Position numbers and translations under genes: made by a program. DNA of 39,147 nucleotides from Planctomycetota bacterium (GTDB lineage Bacteria > Planctomycetota > MHYJ01 > JACPRB01): positions 1 through 39,147 of the forward strand of contig DASRJF010000409.1 of the NCBI GenBank assembly GCA_035649615.1, given 5' to 3'. Positions 23,052 through 30,854 of the stretch are shown here, piece after piece. Positions within the stretch are counted from its first letter, which is position 1; every line of letters starts with the position of its first letter. Below the pieces are notes generated by a model. That model saw nothing but the letters and a program-made list of their open reading frames with translations. It did not search any database and was not told the origin of the DNA.

Positions 23052-23589
23052 GACGTCCGCTTTCTCGGCGGCGACCGGAGGTTGCCCATTCTTCGGCTCC
23101 GCCCGGCTGCCTAGCAGCCCATTGCTCTATGTCGTTCCTCACTTCCTGGCGTCGTCCTCCCTGAAGATCCCCCGCCTTCACAAGCGCCCTCGTCCAAACT
23201 CGGCTGACCCCGAACCCGACCGGGCCGGGCGCTACCGCGTCCCGAACCCCCTCCAGGAGGGCCTGGGCAGGTACACCTAGCTTGATGTCGTCACACTCTA
23301 GCCGGCTCTCCCAAAGCCGCAACTTTTCAAAGATACCAGCTTCACAGCATAGCATTTCGCCATCCGTGGACTTGACGGCATCGAAATTCGCATTAAAGCC
23401 GTAATCACCGCCCTTCCGACCAAACCGTCCTTACACTGCGTTAATGTCGTTCCTTCATTTACCTCGAATCTTCAAAACGGCACTCATAGACCCATGTTCT
23501 TTAGCGTAGGATCTCAGTACCACTTCCAAATCCTCGCAAGCTGGAAGATTGTTCCGGCGCACATGAACACCGAATCGTGATAGATCACG

Positions 23590-24651
23590 TTAGTCCTCTT
23601 CCCTGCGAAGGACTCGTTCTGCCATCGCAGCGAGCCGCTCTCCATTGCCAGTGGCCTTCATGCGCGCCGCATAATCTCCAATTGCTTTTCGCATCTGAAT
23701 AGAGTTATTCGAGGATCGCAATAGCGCCCGAAGCGCCGCGCCACCAGCAAACTCATCCTCTGCCCTAAGCTTTGACAGTAGCTCAATAATCACCCCTTCT
23801 CCACCCCCGCTGGGGTCCTTCAAGATGAGACGTACGATAAACTCAACAAAGACATTGTCGTCCCGTAGCAAGTACTGTACCAAGAGTGTGTATTGGGTTC
23901 GAATCGGCTCAAACGGACCATTTCCGTTGGAGGTAAGTTTTTCAAGAAGCGTGTAGATGATGGGTGAATAGTATCTCGGGCCTGTCGGCCCGAGGAGAAA
24001 ACTGAGCAGCTCCTTCATGTCCAGGTCACTTGGCGGTGGTGTCAGAGTCCGGCAAGGGCACTTGACGGTGTGCGAAACGCGAAATCCAACTCCATATGGC
24101 AGCACTTCATCCGCGCGGCGACTTGGATACTCTATGCGCAGGTGCAAATCTCCCAGGCTTGCGATTGCCCCTTGCCTCACCCACTCGTGTTGGTCAGATT
24201 TGACTATCGAGAGAAGCAGATCTATGGAGGCGCGATGGAAACTGGCACACTCGCTGCCCCACACAGGTATGACTGTCCGTACATGGACCACCTTGTATAC
24301 AAGTTCCTGTAGACTCTCTACGGGTCTTCGCACCACTTCCAAGGTGAATTCACTTGGTACCCTCGATCCCATCAAGCAAGAGGTCTTATAATCCTCGTAT
24401 GCCGCCTTTGCGACGGCTTCGAGTTGTGGAAAGAAAGTGGTGGACCGGAATTCGCTTTCCGGAATCTTTGTGATTGATTCTACATCTAGCCTTGAGGGCT
24501 GGGAAGGCTGAGTGGCAGCTGCACCGGCCCTAATTCCTTGCGAGGGATCGCCGTATACAGGGGTCGGGCGGCGGCATGCAGGCAATACAAGTACGAACAG
24601 AGTGAGGCCAATCCTAGACACGGTCAACGCGGACTTCCTAAATACTATCAT
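23590..24651 (-). CDS. Island gene I: probable lipoprotein with helical (ARM/HEAT-like) repeats
   Basis: The ATG at 24651 gives MIVFRKSALTVSRIGLTLFVLVLPAC (lipobox-like LPAC). The C-terminal two thirds are helix-rich (LLSFLLGPTGPRYYSPIIYTLLEKL, LLVQYLLRDDNVFVEFIVRLIL, IIELLSKLRAEDEFAGGAALRALLRS). Confidence 0.6.
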   Translation of the reverse strand: MIVFRKSALTVSRIGLTLFVLVLPACRRPTPVYGDPSQGIRAGAAATQPSQPSRLDVESITKIPESEFRSTTFFPQLEAVAKAAYEDYKTSCLMGSRVPSEFTLEVVRRPVESLQELVYKVVHVRTVIPVWGSECASFHRASIDLLLSIVKSDQHEWVRQGAIASLGDLHLRIEYPSRRADEVLPYGVGFRVSHTVKCPCRTLTPPPSDLDMKELLSFLLGPTGPRYYSPIIYTLLEKLTSNGNGPFEPIRTQYTLLVQYLLRDDNVFVEFIVRLILKDPSGGGEGVIIELLSKLRAEDEFAGGAALRALLRSSNNSIQMRKAIGDYAARMKATGNGERLAAMAERVLRREED

Positions 24652-24696
24652 GATAGTGGCCGAAACGTGCGCACATGTAGCCAATATTCGGATTGA

Positions 24697-25884
24697 TCAA
24701 TAGAGATCCTCTGGGGTGCGGATTTGCGCCTTGAAATCTTCTTTAATGGCCATACCCGGCATTGGCCCAATGGGTGGTACGTCTATTGAGTGAAAGACCT
24801 CCCATGTATCGTTACAATCTTCATTATCTAGAGCAGTGAGAGTCACGCGTACAGCCAACGTGATCTTCCCTCCAAATATCACGGCGAAATCGGTTCTGTC
24901 TGATTTGCGATTGACCTCTTCGCCCTTGTCTTCTCTTGCCTTCCTGTTGCGACTCAGCGCCGTTAGGCCGTCCTTGTGCCAATCGTCTGTGGAGGTCATG
25001 TCTGAAATGGCACGCTTCAGCCCTTTGCCCCAGGTTCCTTGCCAAAGACACTTGATATCCACGCTTTCCCATGTGGTGTCTTCGCTAATCAACGCATTGA
25101 ATTTGACGTATTCGTATTCCCACGTCCAACCTCTTGGGTGCTTATCGGTTTTCTGCTGCCAGCTGTTCATGTAGACGCCTAGCAGATATAGGGACACGTC
25201 TGCTTTCCAGCCTTTTACAAATAGGTACTTTGCAAAATAGTTCGCCTCTATGTCTACATGTCCAGTTATCCTTTGATTATCTCTCTTGTCATAGTATGTT
25301 CCAAAATCTGAGAGTCTGAGTTTGGTATGTATTCGGCTGATCTTGAGAGCGCAATTACAGGTCGTAGTATCTCCGCCGAAATACTGAGGGCTTGGAGGTG
25401 CCAATTGTAGATGTGTAACCGGATGAGATAGGGCCGAGAGGTCAACAGCGAACGTGCTTAGTAATCGAGGCTGATGCTGACTTCCAGTCTGCAAGGGAGC
25501 ATGTGGCGGCGCTGGGGCGGGCAGCTGGGGTGGGACGGTTGCCGGCATCCCCAGACCTTTAAAGGAAGCGGGAGGAACAATGAGGGGCGATTCTGATGAC
25601 GGTCTGCTAACTGCTTGATTGACAATGGGGATGTGATGCGGCAGCATCGGCAATTCGTTGTCGTAGGAATGCTGAATGAACTTCGTGTAGTCATCTGTCG
25701 GCGGCGTTGGAGTTGCATCCATTTTCAGAGGGGGTTCCTCCTCATACCCTTGAGGCAGAGCGAACTGAGATGGCGGAGGAGTTGGATTACTCCCGGGAAG
25801 TTGTTGGTTTGCCGCTTGCTGTTCTACCTGATACTGAGCGAGCCGTCTTGCGTACTCCTCAGCTTCGCTTCGTGAGATTGCCAT
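24697..25884 (-). CDS. Island gene H: modular protein (Pro/Gln-rich N-terminal region, internal VDLSAL motif, beta-rich Trp-rich C-terminal domain)
   Basis: RBS aagggtgg, then ATG at 25884. 395 aa. Residues 1-140 are Pro/Gln-rich. FAVDLSALSHPVTHL at aa 145-159 (DNA about 25402-25452). CxC (TTCNCAL). The C-terminal domain contains WTWEYEY, CLWQGTWGKG. Confidence 0.65.
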   Translation of the reverse strand: MAISRSEAEEYARRLAQYQVEQQAANQQLPGSNPTPPPSQFALPQGYEEEPPLKMDATPTPPTDDYTKFIQHSYDNELPMLPHHIPIVNQAVSRPSSESPLIVPPASFKGLGMPATVPPQLPAPAPPHAPLQTGSQHQPRLLSTFAVDLSALSHPVTHLQLAPPSPQYFGGDTTTCNCALKISRIHTKLRLSDFGTYYDKRDNQRITGHVDIEANYFAKYLFVKGWKADVSLYLLGVYMNSWQQKTDKHPRGWTWEYEYVKFNALISEDTTWESVDIKCLWQGTWGKGLKRAISDMTSTDDWHKDGLTALSRNRKAREDKGEEVNRKSDRTDFAVIFGGKITLAVRVTLTALDNEDCNDTWEVFHSIDVPPIGPMPGMAIKEDFKAQIRTPEDLY

Positions 25885-26036
25885 TAACCACCCTTACTAC
25901 AGAGTCTTACGATCTGTGGATTCCCATTCCGGAGCATGAAAACTCCGTCGTCTTACGTATGTTACTGATTTCCTCTCCCACTTGTCATCTAAATGGTCCT
26001 CGTCGTGCAAATACCGCATACCTCGCTTGTCGGCGG

Positions 26037-27458
26037 CTATTTCTTCTTAGGATTGCAAATCACATGCATTTCCAGCTGTGCACCCAGCGACGCTTGATCA
26101 CCTGTGGCCGTTGCTAGTATTCGTAGCACCCACTTGCGACCTGAAACAGTTGGCGTGCTTTCAGGGTGCTGCTTCCTGTATTCTGCAAATCTGTCTTTGA
26201 ATTCCTTTGAACCGAACGACTCTGCTTCTGTCAATTCGAATTTGCGTTCGAATGTTGCACCTCCTGCGGCGTCGGTCGTTATCACTGCATCCTGGGATTT
26301 CATGCCAACAGATACCCATACGTCTGAGGCAGAGTGGCCACCGAACTTATAGGCCTGATAAAGGGCCCCCGTGCTACCCACTGCGATTCTGGTTGATGGG
26401 GGACCATTCTTAATGGAGGCCGTGAATGACACCCAGTAGGGGCCACCCTTTGCAAAAGTCTGGCACTTGACATTTGTGATGTCTAATTCCATCTGTGTGC
26501 CGGTGACTTTTCCGAAGTTATCTGTTAGTACGGCATAAGCTGTCCTAGTGCACGCACACTTTGTCCTGCCTGTCTTGTCGATGATATTCCCTTTTGCTGT
26601 GATGATGATGCCATACGTTTTCGCACCCTTCTTTACTTCAGGTATTCCCTTATCAATGTCATCCAGGGTGAAGTCAGTTGAGAATGACAACTCCGCTTTG
26701 CTTTCCTCCGATGTCTGTCCGTCGCAATGCAATACCTTAGCTGAGAGCTGTCGTTCGCCGGCGACAACAACAAATGGATCGCCCCAAGGAAATACCATCG
26801 TCGTCTTACAGTTGGGGTGTTTATTCTCTATGTGCACTTTGAACTTGAGGGTCTTCTTTTCTCCGCCTTCAACCTTTGGGTCAGTTATTCTAATAGAAAA
26901 GGTGCACGCAGGAACATCTACATCATCATCCTGCTTCCAAGGAATAGAATAGGAGCCGGATAAGAACGAAGGACCAAGAATCACAACTTCCGGCAATCCG
27001 CCGTTTCCGGCCATGGAGGTTCCAGAGAAATCAATGAGAAAGTCACTACAGTAGATTGGTTTCCACCCCGTGTCAGTAATCTGAGTCGCCCCAGGCACGA
27101 GTGGATCAACTGAAGGGGGCTGGAGTGGCCGAACTGGGGGGTAGCTAGGGGCAGAGTACCCAACTTGCAAAGGCTCTACGATTTTCTGGAAAAGCGAAGA
27201 TGGCGTATTTTGAAACTGTTGGCTATGGCTTTGTGATCTTGGCAAGGGGCTGGGGGGAGAATACGGAGCGGGTCCCGCGTACGCATTCATTGGAGTATCT
27301 GTCAACGCAATCGATGCATGAATTGCTGTTTCAGAATCGATGAAAGGCGAGGAGGGAGGCGGCTGATGACCGATGGCTGCCGGGTCACCTGGAGTATACT
27401 CCATGTTCGGTGGCAAATGGCTCGCATTGTTTCGACGCTCAGCATCCTCGGTTTCCAT
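26037..27458 (-). CDS. Island gene G: modular protein (Pro-rich N-terminal region, beta-rich C-terminal domains), architecture parallel to gene H
   Basis: RBS AGGA 5 nt before the ATG at 27458 (the track ORF extends to 27500). Pro/Ser-rich first about 130 aa. FLIDFSGTS...VVILG segment. CxC (KCACTR). Long beta-rich remainder. No family recognised. Confidence 0.6.
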   Translation of the reverse strand: METEDAERRNNASHLPPNMEYTPGDPAAIGHQPPPSSPFIDSETAIHASIALTDTPMNAYAGPAPYSPPSPLPRSQSHSQQFQNTPSSLFQKIVEPLQVGYSAPSYPPVRPLQPPSVDPLVPGATQITDTGWKPIYCSDFLIDFSGTSMAGNGGLPEVVILGPSFLSGSYSIPWKQDDDVDVPACTFSIRITDPKVEGGEKKTLKFKVHIENKHPNCKTTMVFPWGDPFVVVAGERQLSAKVLHCDGQTSEESKAELSFSTDFTLDDIDKGIPEVKKGAKTYGIIITAKGNIIDKTGRTKCACTRTAYAVLTDNFGKVTGTQMELDITNVKCQTFAKGGPYWVSFTASIKNGPPSTRIAVGSTGALYQAYKFGGHSASDVWVSVGMKSQDAVITTDAAGGATFERKFELTEAESFGSKEFKDRFAEYRKQHPESTPTVSGRKWVLRILATATGDQASLGAQLEMHVICNPKKK

Positions 27459-27594
27459 TAGTGTCCTTAGCAATAAGATCTTTCTCATGCACAGAATCAA
27501 CCATGACTAGCGCTGTTTGGCACAATGCCAGTCTCTTCTCAATTAATAACTAGACACAGGGACCGCACTTTGGGGTCATATTCCGGTAGCATAG

Positions 27595-29055
27595 TCAATG
27601 GTCGCTACCGAAGCGCCACGCCTCGATTAGCTTGTCTGCCATGCATCGCACCGTCTCATCGCCTGAGTGCCTTAGTCTCATCACCTGCGGCTTTGCCTCC
27701 CGGGCGTCTAGACGAACAATTGCGCGGAGCAGAGCACGTTGAGCTTCTTTGTGTTTATTGATTACCGCCCAGTTGATAGCTTTCCGAAGTTCTAGGACTA
27801 AGTCAATTTCAGACTCATAGTCGATTTCATTGGCGCCAGCCTCGACCAGCGATGGATCTGCTGACCCTAGCGCCATGATAATCCATGTGCGCCTCAAACA
27901 TACGGGGAAACCCGCAATCGTCAGCCCATCGTTCTCTTCATGCTTTGGAGTGTCAAATAAGGCGATCACTCCAGCGGTATCAGTGCTACTCTTCTGCCAA
28001 GTGAGTAAAAGGCCGGATCCATCAGGAATCCAAGTGAGTTCCTGGCACATCGCAAAGCCGCGGGCCGGAACTATGTGCTCAATTCCAGAATACAAATGAC
28101 GGATGCGAATTGTGGTGAATTCTGGCAGGAGCTCATCACTCTTGCGTGGAGTATTAAGAAAGGCCACTCGCTCGCCGCTTGGATCTATCGCGGGCGCCCA
28201 TTTCAAGTCCCTGTCAGAGGTGAGCCTCGTCACCATGGTGCCGTAAGGATTGGTCACGTATACGTCAGTGTAAGCAAGTCCCGATCTGCCAATGAAAGTG
28301 AAAAGACGGCTACTGGCATCCCACGCACTCGCAAGAATCGCGTGCGGCGTAGAATCACATGGACCTACGGATTTGTGAGTTGGGGAACCGAAGGCGAGGA
28401 ACGAATGAGTAGCCGTATCAACATTCACGAGACATACGCGCGATACCGGGCAATCTCCGGCACGTTCAAAGAGCCCTTCGATTGCCAGGTGCTTCCCATC
28501 AGGGCTCCACGACACACGTGGCCTCTCCTTGGAACTTAAGACGTGATGAAGCCTAAGTGGAGTTGGCGACCCGTTGCCACGATTCATGAACACCGTCCCG
28601 TCAATGACCGATATGCAGTCTGTATTCGGATCAATGCCTGTAATGTAGCCGAGCCCCTTCTCTTTCTGTAAATCCGCGGAGCCACGCATAGCGATGCGGC
28701 TGTTAATGCTCGCGAGCCAACATGTAGTGTCAGCGCCGACGCTTTTCGAATGTGCCCGATAGTTCCGTCGAAACTCTTCAATCTGCCGACGCAAATCAGG
28801 AGCGTATTTACTAGCTGTCGATGGTGTCAACACTGTTTCAAGATCGATCATCACCGCTTGTAGTGGTCTCTCTCGTTCACACAGAATGGAAAGTCGTGTG
28901 TTGGGACCATCGGCAGAGTTTCCCGTTGTAGGTGCCGTAGAATCCCGGTGATGTAATAGAGCCTCGCCTTGCTCATGTGCCCTGTTAAGCTCAAATGAAT
29001 GCAGTCGTTCTACTAATACTAGCAGCGTCAATAGTAGTATGAAGTGCTTCAACAT
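27595..29055 (-). CDS. Island gene F: secreted TolB-like beta-propeller protein with a C-terminal helical domain
   Basis: The ATG at 29055 gives the signal peptide MLKHFILLLTLLVLV. PD40/TolB-type blades (VSWSPDGKHLAIEG, WAPAIDPSGERVAFLN, LTWIPDGSGLLLTW). C-terminal helices (LVLELRKAINWAVINKHKEAQRALLRAIVRLD). Confidence 0.65.
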   Translation of the reverse strand: MLKHFILLLTLLVLVERLHSFELNRAHEQGEALLHHRDSTAPTTGNSADGPNTRLSILCERERPLQAVMIDLETVLTPSTASKYAPDLRRQIEEFRRNYRAHSKSVGADTTCWLASINSRIAMRGSADLQKEKGLGYITGIDPNTDCISVIDGTVFMNRGNGSPTPLRLHHVLSSKERPRVSWSPDGKHLAIEGLFERAGDCPVSRVCLVNVDTATHSFLAFGSPTHKSVGPCDSTPHAILASAWDASSRLFTFIGRSGLAYTDVYVTNPYGTMVTRLTSDRDLKWAPAIDPSGERVAFLNTPRKSDELLPEFTTIRIRHLYSGIEHIVPARGFAMCQELTWIPDGSGLLLTWQKSSTDTAGVIALFDTPKHEENDGLTIAGFPVCLRRTWIIMALGSADPSLVEAGANEIDYESEIDLVLELRKAINWAVINKHKEAQRALLRAIVRLDAREAKPQVMRLRHSGDETVRCMADKLIEAWRFGSDH

Positions 29056-29145
29056 GTGCTTTTTGCCATCACTAGCCGTTATGACACTCAGAGGGCAATG
29101 AGATCCCAACGCGCATTTCACCATGCACTTCGCGCGGCACATGCC

Positions 29146-30060
29146 TCATGCTCCTGATACTCCGTAGCGTACGCAGGATACCAGGCATTCCATGCCTAGT
29201 GTGACGAAGGAGGAACGCAAGTTGGCGGGGTCCCTCAGAGCACTAAGATCAATTGAAGAACCTGCGAGGAAGAAGGCACCATCCCCCGAAGTCACGCTGG
29301 ATTCCGCAACTCTCTTCTCAGCGATCTCGAAGGCGGAGAGAAACGACGCCGGGCTGAATGCCGGCGTCGAAGATACTTGTGCGGGGGTAGCATACGTTGC
29401 AACCGGGGCCTGAGCCGCGAATTGTGGGAGTGGAGGAGGGGGAAACCCCGGAGGCAGTGGAGGCCCTATTCCTGGAAGGATAGGCGGAGGGGCTCCGGTG
29501 GTCGCCGAAACCGCACCACTCGTCATAGGTGCGGCTTGGTTTGAAGCAGGAGGATTCTGGTCGTACGCCGCCAGGCGCTGTTCAAATTCAGTGAATGCAG
29601 GCTCGGAGGCGAAAAGCACTCCTTGCTCGTAGCGAACACGGGCGATACCACTCTTGCGAGAATAGGCTGAACCAAACTGCATTCCAGCCGGGTTACTCCA
29701 GAAATACAGAGTCTTTACGCCGTGTTTCTGGCGAAGCTCAGCAACCAGATTATCGATGAATTGATTGCGTGGAATCGACAAGTTTAAACCAGGGGTGCGA
29801 CCTCCAACATAGTGTTCGAGGTCGTACACGGCCAGCGCCGCATAGATTTCGCTTAAAGCCGTTTGGACTTCGGCCTGGGAGGATTTCCAATTGTAAATGT
29901 CCTGAGTTGAGCCCCCGGAGATATAAATGCTGTCGGGCGTACCCAGTGGGTAATCATCCATGCCTCCGGAGGCCGGCGCTCGCTTTAGATTGATACCGTA
30001 TTTAGTATTTGCGGCGCTCACCTTTTGGTCAACGAAATAGTTACGATTATAGTCAGGCAT
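29146..30060 (-). CDS. Island gene E: unknown N-terminal domain + poly-Pro linker + C-terminal SALR-PANL module shared with gene D
   Basis: RBS GAGGA, then ATG at 30060. 304 aa. Linker GAPPPILPGIGPPLPPGFPPPPLP. C-terminus GDGAFFLAGSSIDLSALRDPANLRSSFVTLGMECLVSCVRYGVSGA. Confidence 0.65.
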   Translation of the reverse strand: MPDYNRNYFVDQKVSAANTKYGINLKRAPASGGMDDYPLGTPDSIYISGGSTQDIYNWKSSQAEVQTALSEIYAALAVYDLEHYVGGRTPGLNLSIPRNQFIDNLVAELRQKHGVKTLYFWSNPAGMQFGSAYSRKSGIARVRYEQGVLFASEPAFTEFEQRLAAYDQNPPASNQAAPMTSGAVSATTGAPPPILPGIGPPLPPGFPPPPLPQFAAQAPVATYATPAQVSSTPAFSPASFLSAFEIAEKRVAESSVTSGDGAFFLAGSSIDLSALRDPANLRSSFVTLGMECLVSCVRYGVSGA

Positions 30061-30253
30061 TGATCAAGTCCTCACGCTTAGCAATCCAAGGTTATTCCAC
30101 TTGGTGCGGAACTCCGGTGCGATGTTATGTCGCAGGGGCGGACATGCTCTCTAGGCGCACTTGGCAACTCCAATAGCTGATTCGTCCGCCTCAGCGCGTC
30201 AATTGGCTCCAGGATTGACAGGAAGTACCTCATCAGTTCGCCCGGTCCCCGCA

Positions 30254-30505
30254 CTAAAGCCTCGAAAGCCCTTCACGGATGCAGGAGGTCAGATTCTCCG
30301 TTCCCAAGAGCACCGGTGTTGCATCCAGATTCGCTGGGGATCGTAGGGCGCTCATGTCCACCGTGGCTCCCTGGAGGAGAAACGACGTTCCGCTCATGCC
30401 GGGCTGCATGCCGAGACCACCGTTTTGGAGGCCGAGGCTATTTAATGCGAAGGGGTTGCCGTTCGTCATTTCCGTTCCATTGCAGCCGCATCCGTTCGGG
30501 CCCAT
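30254..30505 (-). CDS. Island gene D: small Gly/Asn-rich protein consisting mostly of the SALR-PANL module
   Basis: Strong RBS AAGGAGG 6 nt before the ATG at 30505. 83 aa. C-terminus GTSFLLQGATVDMSALRSPANLDATPVLLGTENLTSCIREGLSRL aligns with the C-terminus of gene E. Confidence 0.6.
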   Translation of the reverse strand: MGPNGCGCNGTEMTNGNPFALNSLGLQNGGLGMQPGMSGTSFLLQGATVDMSALRSPANLDATPVLLGTENLTSCIREGLSRL

Positions 30506-30520
30506 CGAGTCCTCCTTTCG

Positions 30521-30853
30521 CTAGACTCCCGCAAGAAGGTCCAGAAGCTCCTGCTTTTCCTTGGGAGTCAGCACCTTCTTCTGCCGCCGTTTTTCCCTCA
30601 GTGCCGACAGCCGCAGGGCACGACTCTCCTGGATCGACTTTTGCTTCGTTCGTTGCTTGGCCGCGGCTTCAAGCTTCGCTCTGGGCTTGGGTCCAGGCTC
30701 CACCAAAGCCCGCTCAAGCACTTGGCCGGCGCCGTCGACCGCCAAGAACCAGACCGAGCCTTCCTCGTCCTCCTCGCGGAAGTAGGTTGCGCCCACGCGG
30801 GAGCTGACCACCGGGGCCGGCCCTTTCCAGGCGGTCCTCTTCACTTTGATCAT
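30521..30853 (-). CDS. Island gene C: small protein with a beta-rich N-terminal half and a highly basic helical C-terminal half
   Basis: The ATG at 30853 is 1 nt after the gene B stop. 110 aa. C-terminal KPRAKLEAAAKQRTKQKSIQESRALRLSALREKRRQKKVLTPKEKQELL. Confidence 0.55.
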   Translation of the reverse strand: MIKVKRTAWKGPAPVVSSRVGATYFREEDEEGSVWFLAVDGAGQVLERALVEPGPKPRAKLEAAAKQRTKQKSIQESRALRLSALREKRRQKKVLTPKEKQELLDLLAGV

Positions 30854-30854
30854 T

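Noticed and set aside
22774-23355. 193-aa minus-strand ORF at the left island junction as an intact gene
   Set aside because: Its 3' part overlaps the bioA 3' end and runs through a terminator-like hairpin. There is no RBS, and the composition changes midway. I treat it as possible decayed remnants only (see the left-junction finding).
27518-27529. TGGCACaatgcc as a sigma-54 promoter in the F-G intergenic region
   Set aside because: The GG-to-GC spacing is too short for the -24/-12 consensus (TGGCAC-N5-TTGC). It also lies on the plus strand, opposite to the island genes.
29056-29142. Cys-rich N-terminal extension of gene F (MCRAKCMVKCALGSHCPLSV...)
   Set aside because: The internal ATG at 29055 yields a classical signal peptide. 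The extension has no RBS and nearly abuts the gene E stop. The extension cannot be fully excluded without experimental data.
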